Source: Nemertoderma westbladi (taxonomy: Eukaryota > Animalia > Xenacoelomorpha). Taken from it: a stretch of DNA of 64,000 nt. The notes under the pieces are model-generated. The model made no database searches, was not told the origin of the DNA, and saw nothing but the letters and a program-made list of their open reading frames with translations. The translations under genes were made by a program, and so were the position numbers. The stretch covers positions 259 through 64,258 of the forward strand of contig JAUCBJ010008887.1 of the NCBI GenBank assembly GCA_032718475.1, read 5' to 3'. Shown here piece after piece: positions 35,701 through 49,333 of this stretch (position 1 is its first letter; every line of letters begins with the position of its first letter).

Positions 35701-37049
35701 TTTGGTTTGTATTTTGTTTGAGTATTCTGTACGGGTAGCGTAATATTTATTATTCAGAGTTTATGCGATTATTCGCAACATTCATGTCCCCAAGTTTATT
35801 CCTACAGTAATTGTGCTTGTTACACATACCGTTATAGTTAAATTAACCCCGGTACTACACGGGCTGCTTGGCGTAGGAAAAGACTGGTGATTTTGTGCAC
35901 CGGTCACTCCAGCAGATGCCGTGGTTCTTTTAACTGTTCAAGTATCTTTAACTATTGATTATTTGTTGTACCAGTACTTGTACCTAATTTAGGGTTTAGT
36001 GTACAATGCTTTCCGAAGTAATTAGTGTGTAGGCAGTATATTTGTGTTGTAAAGTGGTTAATAGGCACGTTGGATCTGGTAGTCCGTGGTAATTAACTTC
36101 CAGGTAGGAACACTCCCTGATACATAACGTAGTACCTATAGCGATACGGCTATAGGTCGTCAGGCGGTGGTATTTTCCTATCTGGACAGTGCAATATATT
36201 TACTACTACTTATTATTTTCAAATACCGTAGTACCCTGTCCGTTGTAATAACCAGAATTCTAACCCTTTGTTAGGCTGGTTTGTAGACTTCCTGTAAAAT
36301 TACCCTAAAATTTCGTACGTAATATTTTTGTTGTGTTTAATTAGAGATTTAATCTCACCCGTATCGTAAGTAATTTGTAGTATTAAGTAACTTAGGTAAA
36401 TTAGAATTATCTGTTTTAGTGTCCCAAAGGTAGCACTTCACTGAGAGCGCACAGCTTCTGTGTAGTGACTCCCCCAGAAATAATAACATTTATTTCAAAT
36501 CTTGACAAAACCCCTTTTAAACGGGTATATATCTATTATAAATCAACTCAAACGATTTATAAATAGTAGGCCTGCCATACAACAACTAGGTCTCAATATC
36601 AGTTGGACTACTGCTTAAATAACGGTAACAAAGTAAGTTAAAGTAACCAAGTAACCCTAAAATATTCAGAAATTCAATTATTCTAAAATAATTGACATAC
36701 CGGTATTTACCATAGGCTTATTATATTTATTTCTATAAATTTGAGCTGAAATCATACCGGTATTCTGTAATTAATTCTAGTTCATAATTATACTTATATA
36801 TACTATAAGTGTAAGCTGCATACCGGGATTCACGATAGGCCTATTATATATTTATATATATTTGTGTTAAAATTATATACCGGTACTCGGTGACAAACCT
36901 AGTTTACAATACTTCTATATATTATAAGTGTATACCGGTGTTCTAATATACTGTAATAAATTACCGGTACTATGCCAACGGTCATACTGAATTACTAGAC
37001 TTGCTTTAACTGTAACTATAGCAGTAAGCATTCAACTGTATAGCTAAAC

Positions 37050-40000
37050 ATGTCTGACACCCAGCAAAACCTGTCAGACAGTCTAATCGATACAACCATC
37101 TGTGACACAGATAGGAGTGTGGAGCGATTAAGAAAGGAGTTCAGCTCACCTCCTACTGAAAGAAAGGTCATCCCTCCAGTAGTAGTATCAGACCCTAAGC
37201 TAATCCAACACCGTAGGTCTATCATCGGCACTCGGGCCCAAGTCAAACGGAACCAGGAAGCAGCTGTCCAACAGCAGCAACATCCTAGTCAAGAAACTTG
37301 TTCCCAGCGATCCGATAGCTCCAGTAGTTCGGATGCTGTAGAGCTGACCCCCGAACGCAGAGTGCAGATGACGGCTACAGCCTACTCGGATCCCCTTCTC
37401 ACCCTTCCTTCCGCAGTGCTAACTACTATATTGATTGCGGTGGAGGAACATCAAGCCGATTGGGCGAGAAGTAAGCGAGCGACCCAAGATAGTTATGCGG
37501 GATACGCCAGGGAAGAATTGATGTCTATTGTCGAGTCACAATGGAACTTTCCCGGACCCGGACTCCCGTTAGATTTGTCCGAAGCTACTTGGGAAGACAT
37601 ACACAGGATGGGAGTGACTAAAGATACAATGGATCCAGCTGTTTGGAAGAGGTCGGCAGCAGGATATGTGCAGGGATTCTTCGGCTCCTTAGAGCGATTA
37701 GAAGAACAACTGTTTCGACAACCCCAAGGACCTCAAGAGCAGGAAGAGCTGCTATATCAAGTACGCGAAAGAACCCTACGCATAAGACTAATCTTGTCAG
37801 CCTTTGAGGAAACTTCCAAAAGAAGACAGGACACGTCGCTGCAGGTTGCTGTCAAGACTTGGTTCCAGCGGGTAAGTCTCAAAGTACAAGAAACTGCCCA
37901 GTGGAAATCCCAGCTGGCTGAGAGACCAACCTATGAAGAACCAACCGATGCCACCCTTTCTCAAGCGGAAAGCGAAGTGACAGCAGAGAGACCGCGAACT
38001 AGAGACGCTATCGACATTTATCTGTCCGACTATCAGCGATTCCTAGGAGACGAAGAGTTGAGGAGACGGCTGTCTGGACTTTCCCCTAATAGTGAAGGAA
38101 CCAAGCTTGTGTTGGACGCAATCGATACTGAGATGATAGCTGCGGACCAAGCTAAATTTGATGAACGTCTCAGCATAGCTAGAGCTCAAGAAGAACAAGT
38201 AAAGAAAAGGCGGATTGAAGACAAAAAGGCAGCAGCAATAGCAGCGGCAATGGCAACAGCAGAAGCAGACAGAAAGGCGGAAAGAAAGGCGGCAGAAGCA
38301 GCGGCCGAAGCGGAAATAAAAGCGGCGGAGGCAAAAGCAGAAGCAGACAGAAAGGCGGCAGAAGCAGCGGCCGAAGCGGAAATAAAAGCGGCGGGGGCAA
38401 AAGCAGAAGCAGACAGAAAGGCGGCAGAAGCAGCGGCCGAAGCAGACAGAAAGGCGGAAAGAAGGGCGGCGGAGGCAGTGGCAGAAGCAGAACGGAGAGC
38501 GTCTGAGCAGACCGCCCAGCTGGAGTTAGAAAATCTGCAGGAGACGCAAGACAGCATCGGTAGGCAGTTAACAGACAGTCGAATGCAGATGATGAGTCGA
38601 TCTACTTCCAAACGCCAAGGCTATACATCATCGGAGGAAGGGGATACCACCGATCCTGAAGGTGGAGGAAATCAATCTCGTCTCAGTAGACGTAGAAGAA
38701 CATCTCACCGTCATAAATTGCCTGATTTGCCCCCAGCCGTTAGAAGACATTTAGCTAGCACAACAGTAGGTAGTACAGAACCCACAGACCGAATTATTAC
38801 CGTCAACAGACTCCCTACTATAACAGATGAGCCTGAAATAATTAGGCCTTTTCTCGAAGCCACCCCTTCGGTGCTAGAGACACCTGTACTCCCTGAAACA
38901 AACTCTAAATTCCATTTACACAGTACTACACTGCATGTACCCGGTAGAACAGTCCATGAGAATATCCCTGTCCTGGAAGCTGAGAGAGAAATCAAAGATT
39001 TGTCTCCCGTCGTCCCGCGTCAGCCTGCTACAATGTTGGCGACTCCCGCTTCGGCGGTCGAGTGGGTAGAGGAGGGACGGCGGGGGATGAATCTCCTGCT
39101 CGGACAGATGCAGGAGACTGTCCACCAACTTAAGGGAACAGTAAGGGAAGGTAGGGCCGAATTGCAAGAAGTGCAGCAAAGTATCGCGCTAGAACGCGAC
39201 AAATTAGTCAATATACAAAATGGTATACCAATACCCCCTGTAACATTGTGTCAACCTGTTAGGTCTGAAGTATTACATGCGCAAGGTGTGGAGCCTACAC
39301 GCATCTATACTGCTAGTGAAGTAGAAACTCCTATAGCAAACCCTATTAAGGGTGATTATAAACCTGTTGTTAATGATATTCCCTATAGACCTGATAATGA
39401 TCCGAGAAATTTATATACCGATAATTCGATATTAAATAACACGATGGCCCAAGAAAGCTTTACGCGTCAGATGGCTAGAACAGAAGCCCGCCAAGCGGTC
39501 AAAGTGGGAGAGATCGTCAAATTCAATGGAGATGAGATGAAATGGTTACCTTTCAATGAATATTACAAAGACAGCATACAGAACTCTGTACTATCTAACG
39601 GAGAGAAACTTAGGTTCCTCATCAAGTGCTTGGAAGGACCTCCCAAGTTAATGGCGTTAAAGTTCATTGGACATCCAGAAGGATTAAGACAAGTTTGGGA
39701 TACATTAAACATCAGGTATGGTAACAAGGATAACATAGCTAAGTATTTGTATGCAAAATTAGTAGCCCCCCGAAACTTCCTTAGTAGCGGGATTATAGAG
39801 TTTTCTGATGAGATTCAGGAGATCTGTAGACAATTGGACTGGTTAGGTAAGTTTCATGAATATCAGAGTTCCATGGTTATTGGAGCAGTAGTCTCTACTT
39901 TACCAAAGGGTGGAGTATGTACACGCTGGGACAAGAAAGTGTTGTATATGAATGAGCAGCAACGACGAAGCCCTACCATGGCTGATCTCATGTCCTTCTT

Positions 40001-40697
40001 AGATGGTGAAGTAAAACTACAACTCATCAAGCAGTCCAGAGAAAAAACATCGGAAAATAAGGTAAGTGAGAAACCCGTTTCTAGGAGAAGAGTCACACCG
40101 GTGTGTTACACTGACGACGGCGAAAGCCAAGCTTCTCAAGAAGAGGACAGCGGGAAAGACACTGATAGATCTTACTACGTTGACAAAACCTCAAAAGACG
40201 TAAGTAAATACAAGGCTCGAAACAACGATAGGAGAGAACAGGTTGCCAAGACCCCTCCTCAGTCTCCTAATAGAATGCACCGAAGAAAGCCCGAAGAAAG
40301 AACGAGAGTGCATCAGGTTACCCAAGGTAAAGTGAGTAACATAAAACCTAACTGTGCGCTGTGCGACGGGACCCACCGTTTGAGTGCGTGTGCTGAATTT
40401 CTAAAGAAATCCCTTGTAGACAGACGTGCAGTCGTGTGGGATAAGCGGTTATGCTATAATTGCCTCAGACCAGGACACCAACGGCGAACCTGTTACTCCG
40501 ACGTAAAGTGTGCAAAGTGTGACGCGAAACATCACATCTTGTTACACAGTGAGTTCGAACGAGACAACGCGAGTAAGGTAAGTGAGCCCGAACTACATGT
40601 CCAATTGAGTGATGTAAACGACACTGATCAAGAATCTGAGATGGAAGGATTCTATACTGACGAATATATACCGACGCCAACGAATCCTGTTATCTAA
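37050..40697 (+). CDS. gag: Bel/Pao Gag (long N-terminal extension, Ala/Glu/Lys coiled-coil repeats, capsid-like domain, three Cys-His knuckles)
   Basis: KFNGD..W..F, EKLRFL..CL.G, CALCDGTH....C, CYNCLRPGH....C and CAKCDAKHH.LLH. An apparent 2-bp insertion at ~40665 breaks the gag-pol frame. Confidence 0.9.
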   Translation: MSDTQQNLSDSLIDTTICDTDRSVERLRKEFSSPPTERKVIPPVVVSDPKLIQHRRSIIGTRAQVKRNQEAAVQQQQHPSQETCSQRSDSSSSSDAVELTPERRVQMTATAYSDPLLTLPSAVLTTILIAVEEHQADWARSKRATQDSYAGYAREELMSIVESQWNFPGPGLPLDLSEATWEDIHRMGVTKDTMDPAVWKRSAAGYVQGFFGSLERLEEQLFRQPQGPQEQEELLYQVRERTLRIRLILSAFEETSKRRQDTSLQVAVKTWFQRVSLKVQETAQWKSQLAERPTYEEPTDATLSQAESEVTAERPRTRDAIDIYLSDYQRFLGDEELRRRLSGLSPNSEGTKLVLDAIDTEMIAADQAKFDERLSIARAQEEQVKKRRIEDKKAAAIAAAMATAEADRKAERKAAEAAAEAEIKAAEAKAEADRKAAEAAAEAEIKAAGAKAEADRKAAEAAAEADRKAERRAAEAVAEAERRASEQTAQLELENLQETQDSIGRQLTDSRMQMMSRSTSKRQGYTSSEEGDTTDPEGGGNQSRLSRRRRTSHRHKLPDLPPAVRRHLASTTVGSTEPTDRIITVNRLPTITDEPEIIRPFLEATPSVLETPVLPETNSKFHLHSTTLHVPGRTVHENIPVLEAEREIKDLSPVVPRQPATMLATPASAVEWVEEGRRGMNLLLGQMQETVHQLKGTVREGRAELQEVQQSIALERDKLVNIQNGIPIPPVTLCQPVRSEVLHAQGVEPTRIYTASEVETPIANPIKGDYKPVVNDIPYRPDNDPRNLYTDNSILNNTMAQESFTRQMARTEARQAVKVGEIVKFNGDEMKWLPFNEYYKDSIQNSVLSNGEKLRFLIKCLEGPPKLMALKFIGHPEGLRQVWDTLNIRYGNKDNIAKYLYAKLVAPRNFLSSGIIEFSDEIQEICRQLDWLGKFHEYQSSMVIGAVVSTLPKGGVCTRWDKKVLYMNEQQRRSPTMADLMSFLDGEVKLQLIKQSREKTSENKVSEKPVSRRRVTPVCYTDDGESQASQEEDSGKDTDRSYYVDKTSKDVSKYKARNNDRREQVAKTPPQSPNRMHRRKPEERTRVHQVTQGKVSNIKPNCALCDGTHRLSACAEFLKKSLVDRRAVVWDKRLCYNCLRPGHQRRTCYSDVKCAKCDAKHHILLHSEFERDNASKVSEPELHVQLSDVNDTDQESEMEGFYTDEYIPTPTNPVI

Positions 40698-43600
40698 TCA
40701 ATACCGCGGTGTATCGAGCACTTACTTATGAAAAGGACACCGACAATGAGTTCCCCCCAACTACCTTTAACAGACAACCATCTTGGAAAGCTCCAACTTC
40801 CAACGTAGGAATCAGAGAATTTCCTGTAGTGCAGGCAAGAGTTCACGGTCCTAACAAAAGTTACATAGTGAACGCACTCCTTGACTCCGGCAGCACAGGA
40901 ACATTCATCGATCAAGAACTAGCCGAAGATATCTTTGCTGGACAACCCAAATTCCGGACTAAATTGAATATGTCAGGAATTATGCAGGTTTGGAAATCTA
41001 CCCTAACGGCAGACTACTATGTAGGTGTGTTGTCCACCCCCAGGATAAATTAGGAGCACAAGGTATAAGGTCGGTAAAAATGGTGGCTATAAAGAACTTC
41101 GCTACTACCCAAGCAGACCTTTATAATTGGGACGAGGATGAGAGCATCCAACATCTTAAGATACCTCGATTCCAGACAGATTATCCTGGAGTGCAAATAC
41201 TCATCGGCCAGAACGCGCATGAGGCGCTCGAGACATTGGAGAAACGGCCTGCTCAACCGCAGCCACTGCAAACCTATGCGGTAAGAACTAGAGTAGGTTG
41301 GTACTTTACTGGCCCTTCCCGCAGGACTCTCGAAGAGAGAATGCCACAAGAACGAATATACCAAGTAAACGATTGGGAAGTGGAGAGCAGTGAGGTGGAC
41401 GAACTAACTGAGGGAACACCATACTCCTCAGATAATGACGACATCTACCAACTCTTCGATGAAGAGAACACAATCGACCTACTTACAGAAAACCAAACTT
41501 GGAAAAATCAGGTGAACCTATGTCAACTGATTCGCCCATCGGAACCCATCGCTTACAATGATGAACTAAACGATGAGATAGAGCGCTACAACGCTAGAAC
41601 TCGGGACGAACTAGCCGTACGATTCTTTACTCAAGAACTGGTAGAGCCCAATTCATATGATAAGGCCCTATCGATAGAAGAAGAAAGAGCCAAGCAAATC
41701 CAGGAAACAACTACACGTTTTTTAAAGGACCAAGGTAGATATGAAATCGGCCTACCATTTCGAAAACGAGAACCTAGATTTATAAATAACAGACCCTTGG
41801 CAGAGAAAAGAATCGCGCAATTACATCGACGCCTTACGGCTAATGCTTCAGCTAAAGAAATGTACCAAACTCAGCTGAAGAAATTTATAACAAAGGGATA
41901 CGCGGAGCGAGTACCGGAAGGAACACCAGTGACTGAGAGAACGTATTACTTAACACATCATTACGTTCCCAAACCCGGTAAACCCCATGAAGTACAAGTC
42001 GTATTCGATGGCTCCGCGCTATATATGGGCCAATCCCTCAATTCCGAGTTGTTACCAGGACCCAACTTACTCCAATCTTTGTTGGGAATACTTTTAAGAT
42101 TAAGACAATATTCCATCGCGTTCGCCTCCGATATAGAAGGAATGTTCTTACAAGTCAAGGCGCTGGATAGAGATAGAGACAGCCTGAGATTTCTGTGGTG
42201 GCCTGAAGGAGACCTCAATCAGAAACCGGTAGAGTACTGGATGACCATCCAGGCTTTTGGAATCATATCAAGCCCTTCCAACGCCTGCTCCTTGGTGCGA
42301 ACCACTGCGAATGACAACCGAGACTCCTTCTCAAAAGAGGTGATAGACAACATCAAACGTAATATATACATGGACGACAATTTAAGGTCCCTTCCATCAG
42401 TAGAAGAAGCCATAGATGTCGTGAAAGGAACGGTAGAGTGTTTGAAAAGAGGTGGATTTCGACTGACGAAATTCACCAGCAACTCCCGTGAGTTTCTGGA
42501 AGCGATACCGGTAGAAGACCGAGGAGCGAAAGACCTAGACTTAATAAAGGACGATCTTCCTGAAACCAAGACGCTTGGCTTGAAGTGGGACACTGAAAGA
42601 GACATCCTGTTTTTTCAGTTAAAACAGCGAGATAATCCAGTTCGGACCAAACGGATTTGTTTAAGTATCCTGAGCACTTATTTCGACCCATTGGGATTTA
42701 TTAGACCAGTTATATTGATTGCTCGGAGTTTAGTACAACAAATGTGGCTTGAAAACCACTCATGGGACGATTCGCTTAAGGGAGAATTGTTAAAGAAATG
42801 GATGAAATGGGAAGATTCTCTACCTGCCATCGAGAACTTTATAATTTCCCGTGCATATTTTGGCCATGTTCTTCCTACGTATTCCTATCAACTCCATGTG
42901 TTTGGAGACGCCAGCGACATGGGAATAGGTATAGTAGCATATCTGCGAGTCGAAACTCCGGATGGAATCAAAGTCGCCTTGGTTACCTCTAAGGCATTGA
43001 TTAACAACAAGTTAAAGGTTCCTCGAGCGGAGTTAAAGGCGGCTTTATACGCTACAGCCATCGGCCGGAACGTAACGGAACAAATCGACTATCCACTGGA
43101 GAAAACAGTTTATTGGACCGACGCTTTACTCGTATCTAACCAATGAAGTCTGTCAGTTCAGCGTTTTTGTTACTAACAGAGTAGCTATTATTCTTAGTCG
43201 CACAAAGATAGATCAATGGAGACATTGTCCTGGTACGATTAATCCAGCCGATATCGCCTCCAGGGGAGCAACTCCACAGGAACTGATAGATACTCCAGAT
43301 TGGTTGGGTGGACCCGACTTCCTGAGCAAGGAAGAAGATGAATGGCCTCCTCACCTTACTACGGCAGAGATTAGACAAGCCAAGGGAGCGGAGACAGTCA
43401 AACCTAAAACCCGGGCGAGTAAATCGAAGCTATTTAAACCGACGATCGATCTATCTGTATTACATACTTCCGGAAATGACGCTTCGGATCCACAATCCCT
43501 CGCCACAAATAAGTCTGTTGTGGAAATTAGAGATAGAGATCGGAATAGAGATGGAAATCTGGAATACCAGACATCTCGCAAGGAATCTCACCCATGCTGC

Positions 43601-45255
43601 AGAGAGCAATGCATCACTACAGTTCCTGGAATCGGCTCTGTAAAGCCGTCACATATTTAAGGAGATGTTTTCATCATCACTACTCCAGGACGAAGACCAT
43701 TAGTGATACCGCTCCATTGACATCTGCGCAAGTTCATGTTATTAAAAATTTACCCAAATATAAAACATCCGACCGGTTTCTAAAGGAGAAAATTAGTTAC
43801 CAGGAGCATGAAGAAACCAATAAGCAGATACTGAGACTCCTGCAATGCTATGAGGATTCCGATAAGTATTTCCTGTTGTTGAGAAATCCGCAGATGCGCT
43901 TAAGGGATCGATTCTCTAGCACAATGATAGATGGGTTAATACGTGTTGGAGGAAGGCTCACCAATGCGCCATTATCCTTTGACACTAAATTCCCCATACT
44001 CATTAGAAATCTTGAAGTACAAATCAAGATTATTGTAGATGTTCACAGCAAACTTTATCATGCTGGTAGAGAACGAGTTCTTAGCGAAATTCGAACTCGC
44101 TATTATTTTGATAAACCCCGTAGAGCTCTGAACCAAGTTCTTAGGAACTGCATACCCTGTAGGAAAGCATTCAGTAGGCCTTTAACACAGCGAGAGGCAG
44201 AATTACCTAGGGAACGAGTAAGCTTCTATGAACCACCTTTTACTAATACTGGTGTAGATTTATTTGGCCCTATTGAAGTATATCGTGCTAGGACTATAGT
44301 CAAGAGATGGTGTGTCATCTTCGTATGCATGACTTGTAGAGCCATCCATCTCGATATGGTGAACGATCTATCTACCAACAGCTTCGTCTTAAGTTTACGC
44401 CGACAGATCGCTCGCTTCGGGACGAGTAATACCATGAGATCGGATAAGGGAACGAACTTCATTGGTGCCAACAACGAAATACAGGCTTACGTGAAGGACT
44501 GGAACCAAAGACAGGTGGACGATCAGCTAAGGATAACAGCGTCTAGCTGGACCTTCAACGCCGCCGACGCCCCTTGGTGGGGAGGAAGTTGGGAGAGATT
44601 AATTAGAAGTGTCAAGACCGCATTTCACTTTATAGTGCCATGCCACGCGTATGTCACCGACGAACTTTTGCGGACGTTAATGGAGGAAATAGCTGCCTAT
44701 CTCAACGAGAGACCGCTTATGCCAGTCTCATCGAGTCCCGATTCCCTGGAAGCGCTAACACCTGCGCACTTCCTACTGAAGAAACCTGTAGCCATGCTCC
44801 CACGATCGGAGATTGCCGACGGAGACGAATACTGCCGTCGAACTTGGCAACTTATGCAGTTGCTATCCCGTAGTTTCGCTGACCATTTCGAGAAACATTA
44901 TCTGCCCACGCTACAACTTCGAACTAAGTGGTTTGCGCAGCAAGAAAACGTCAGCGCCGGAGATATGGTGCTTATTGTAGATTCAGACCTCCCACGTAAA
45001 CGGTGGCAGACAGGTCGTATCATCGAGACTCACATCTCAGATGATGGTTTAGTACGCTCGGTAGAACTCGTCGTCATGCGGCGTAACTTCAAGAAGCCAG
45101 GCATAATCTTTGAGACGCAACAACTCAACCGCCCAGTTGGTCGTTTATGTTTACTGGAAAGAGACAGAGAACTCTCCGGAAACTATGGAAGGCAAGACAC
45201 TCTTCCCACGACCACCTCCCTAATTCCTCAAACATCTAGGGACTCCCCAACATGA
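40661..45255 (+). pseudogene. pol: Bel/Pao pol (protease, RT, RNase H, integrase) with several frameshifts and stops
   Basis: ALLDSGST; VVFDGS, GPNL, DIEGMFLQV, YMDD; LHVFGDAS, PRAEL, WTD; H..H..C..C, GVDLFGP, SDKGTNF, WERL. Confidence 0.94.
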
Positions 45256-46400
45256 TACGTCTGGAGTGGGTGTATGACTATATTGTTTTATCTATTTTAT
45301 TATATTTTTATATGCGAACTTTATTATGTACTTTATTATAATCGTTTTTATTCAATTTTATTTAGTAGAAGGTTATTTTAGATTATTTGGTAGATTAGTG
45401 CAATATATTAGTGTTTATTACGTAATTACATATATATAATATATATTTAGTGTGACGGCGAGAAATAATTTTTCTCTTTCCTTACTGTCCGTATCATATT
45501 ATAAATACGTGACTACAGTAAGATGAAATGTCCGTACTTATTAAAGTACAATAAAGCCCCTACTATATTTAAGTATTATTGGTAGGCAGAGTATTAGGAA
45601 TGCAAAGTTCAGATCCTCGTGTCTCGGCTAAACCAAGCTCTGGGAAGACCTTGGAAACGACTTGCCTCTTCACACTGACATTGCTTCGTGCGATATTGCT
45701 CTTCTACCTTATATTAAATAATACATATAGTAGCGTGATGTCCATATAACAGTAGCGTAAAACGCAAATAAATCTGTTAAACCTTTTGACCATCTGTAAT
45801 TCTAGTCGATTAAGATATCGCGGCACCCACCGATATACTTGAAAGACAAATTCTAGAATCAGTGGTTAACGTCCTCAGACAAGTTCTGGAATAAATCGGT
45901 GCCCATCTTAAATATTAATTTAATATTTATTAAAATCTGTAAAATTCAGATCCATTAACAATTCTAGTCGATTAAGATATCGTAGCACTTACCGATACTC
46001 TTAAAGGACAAATTTCATAGAATTAAGGATCCTATGTCCCCAGACCTGCTCTGGAATCAAATTGTGTCAATTTTAACATCAAATAATAAAATTCACGGGA
46101 ATAAATTTAAATTCATATTTTAAACGAATTTCATAAATTGTCGTTTTGTGCAATTTATAACATTCCCAAAATTCCATTAATTAATAGATCATGGGAGTGG
46201 AGATTCATCCTATTGAGTGTATTAGAGTGCGAGAATCTCCAACATATAGTCAATAGCCGATAAAATTAATAAAATCATACATAAGGAGGATATTGACAAT
46301 TAAAGAATTACTATTAAATAGCATTCCAGATCTGTATGCATGAGAATTACCCTAATTCTACCGCTAGCTTTCCATAATGTCACCATAGCAACAACCACGC

Positions 46401-47656
46401 TAGAATTAGAAGTGAGTTAAAATAACAATAGAAAGCTTACCACAGTGAATAGCATGCCTAATAAATAGCATCTTGATAGTATCTAAGGATACATAATAAT
46501 AACGTGGCATTCTGGAAGGCATCTGCCTAACGGACAAATGGCCCTAATTTGTACAAATTGTGGCAGGAATGTGGAATTTGTGTATTTATAGGTGAATGTT
46601 ACTACTAAAGTGTGTTTACAGTAGCGAGCCGCAATTGTGAAAGTTATCCTACATCTGTATCAAGTACCTCCAGGATATTCGAGCTGTGACGGGATCCAGG
46701 AAGGATCCAGATTTATCCGTTTGTCAGTTCACGCGTCCCCGCCGTGTGTGAAAGATAAAGAGTTTCTGTTGTTCGTTGTATTGCAATGTTCGAGGTATAT
46801 ACAATATAGATATAGATAATGATGACTGGTAATATTGTTGTACACGGAAGGCGGGAGACGGTAACTGAAATCCCGGTACTTCCCTAGCTAAACTATTCTT
46901 ACAGTAGTACCAATAACACTGAGATAACTGAGGTAATATGATTACTGGTTACTGGTTATATTGCACGGTGGCCTTATTGCTCTACTCAATCGGTGCCTTC
47001 CCCCCTCCGATTGGTTGATACCCTTGTTGGCGCCCTTTGGAGTGTCCCGTTCACTCCACCTGTTCTCTCTTGGTTAGGGGTTTGGCCCCTGACCCTTATT
47101 GTGTGGTTCACCTTCCCATTTTGTTGGGGTGGCGCGAGTTGGTTGATTGCCCAATCTCGAGGCCCCCAATATTGCTTATCGGCTTAACTTTTATGGGGTG
47201 TTAGCGGGATTGGATAAGCTAACACTCCCCCCCATGCTATCTTCCCGGTGAGAAGATAGCATCAACCGAAAAGTGCGCTACAATCCCGCTGGATCCCGAT
47301 CTAGCATCGGGTGTGGGGTGGAAATCTTTTCTCTCGGAGTCGGCTTTCCAGGAAGTCGGCTTTTCCTTTCTAGAATTAGAAGCAAGTTAAGAGAACAATA
47401 GAAAGCTTGTCCCATTGCATAGCATAGAGAATACATAGCACACTGTTAGTATCCAAGGATACACAGTAATAACGTGACATTCTGGAATGCACTGACTAAC
47501 GGACAAATGGCCTGTATGTGTACAATTGGTGACAGTTGTGTGGAATTTGTGCGTTTATAGGTGAATGTTACTGCTAAAGTATGTTTACAGTAGCTAGTCG
47601 CAATTGTAAAAGTAGCCCAACTCTCCTATAGAAAGAACCTCAAGTGGATCCAAGCC
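46401..47656 (+). repeat. Diverged ~280-bp direct repeats (46401-46684 and 47371-47656) in the pol-to-extra-ORF spacer; a second ~160-bp repeat pair lies at ~45797 and ~45959
   Basis: Both copies begin TAGAATTAGAAG and share AATAACGTG.CATTCTGGAA, CTAACGGACAAATGG and TTTATAGGTGAATGTTACT. Confidence 0.8.
46685..47352 (-). mobile_element. Inverted truncated 3' fragment of family BD (3' UTR, PPT and LTR 46685-47224) inside element C
   Basis: The reverse complement matches ~7972-8644, including the hairpin and PPT. Confidence 0.92.
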
Positions 47657-47847
47657 TTTGGGACGGACAGTGGAGTGACTTGTGCCGGTTATCGTTGTCG
47701 TGCTGTTGCTACATGTTGGCGTAAACACCGCGACGACGGTACATCGGCGCTGAGAATCCCACTGTCCGGGGGCAAAGAGAAGTAGGCAGCGACGCCCGCT
47801 CGCCTAAATATAAACTCATTTGATATTAATAAACTCAGATAGCAGAT

Positions 47848-49255
47848 ATGACGGAGTTGATAGAAGATGATCTTGGTATTAGGGAGCGATATACTCTACC
47901 TTTACAAGCATTTGTGGATAGCTTAATACGCGGTGAAGCCAATCCAACCATTACGGAGGACGATGGTCGTTATATCGAACCGCCGATATACGAGTCGCTA
48001 TACTCATCGTAATGGTACGTATATGGACTTCCTAACTACCGGCCATCCTATCGATTTACATGATACGGACGATGTAGACACCGAAAGGGAAATGGTTCTA
48101 TTTAAATATCATACCCAGCGGAGTCGTAACGATAAACCGAGAATAGATCACGAAAATTCTATTCGTAACAGACTGGGAAGACGAACCAATATGCCTCTAA
48201 TCTGAGGAGATTCAGCCTATCGCGCCCGGAACAGTGACAACGATTACATCCTAGAATAGTATCAAGGTCCACAGTGTCTCACTGCGTACGATTATCGCCA
48301 TGCCAACTATGTTTCTCGGCAACGTTGTCGGTTATGCGCATCGAGAGACCATGTTACGCCCATGGACACAAACGTCCGCTGTTCCTATTTCCACGAACAA
48401 CCGGCGATGGAAATTTATTGCGCGTATTGCAGACTCAATAACTTGCAAATTTTTGCGGTTTGCCCTCAATTTATGACTCAATGTCACCATTGTCAACTAA
48501 AGGGACACGCCAGTTTCGATTGCCCTTTTAATCGCGATTTGGAAAGCGTAGATGAAATGATCACACTACGTTACATCAGAGCTTGGGAAGCGAACGCTGA
48601 TTTACATTGTGATTCGCGCCATCGCTATTATCCTGGACGCGCTTACGAAGGAGTTTATGTGTTCCATCCTTACCTATTCGCTTCTGTTGAACAGAAATCA
48701 CGCATATCGCGTTACGAACTACTGAAGCGCGTCGGAGAATGTATTTCAACCAAGTTCGTACGCAAATTTGTTAGGAGTGTTAATCCTAGCGACCTTCATT
48801 CCTATAACTTAATCAATTATATCCGTCAGGACCCAGACTATGGAGACTTATTTGTTAACTCACACCCCGAGTTACAGGAAGTATATCGACGGCCTTACGA
48901 ATACCGAGCCCGCGAATGCGAGTTGGAAAGAACCATTAAACCCAGGAAGTTTCTGACTGCCTATGGTCCACCCACGGCTCTCGTTCAGACCACTCGTAAA
49001 GGACCCGTAAGAGCGGCTGTCTTAAAACGCGCTCTCAAAGCCGTTAGACCCCTCTCCCCCGACGTTGATGTCAATCAACCCGGCACTTCGACTGGCGGAT
49101 ACACCGACCATAATCCTACACCCTCTGATGCAATTATATTGCACCCTTCACCCAGGAGTTATAGCCCTCCTTGTAAGGTGGCTCGCCCCAAAGAGAAAAG
49201 GACTCTAGCCAGCTTTAAAAAACTGCGTAAACGCTGTCCGCGCAAGAAAGGCTAA
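47848..49255 (+). pseudogene. Accessory triple zinc-knuckle ORF of element C (5' part disrupted)
   Basis: 48362-49255 is clearly homologous to 124-1344. Upstream homologous codons contain a stop (TAG for W near 48257). A candidate ATG is at 47848. Confidence 0.75.
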
Positions 49256-49333
49256 CTGTTTAGAGTATTTACATATATTAGAAACTGTGATTTTTGTATA
49301 TTTATAAACTTGAATCCCATTTTCTGGGAGCGG

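Noticed and set aside
40655-40710. Programmed gag-pol frameshift
   Set aside because: No slippery heptamer is seen. An extra AT in a TATATA run explains the shift, and Bel/Pao elements usually have one polyprotein ORF.
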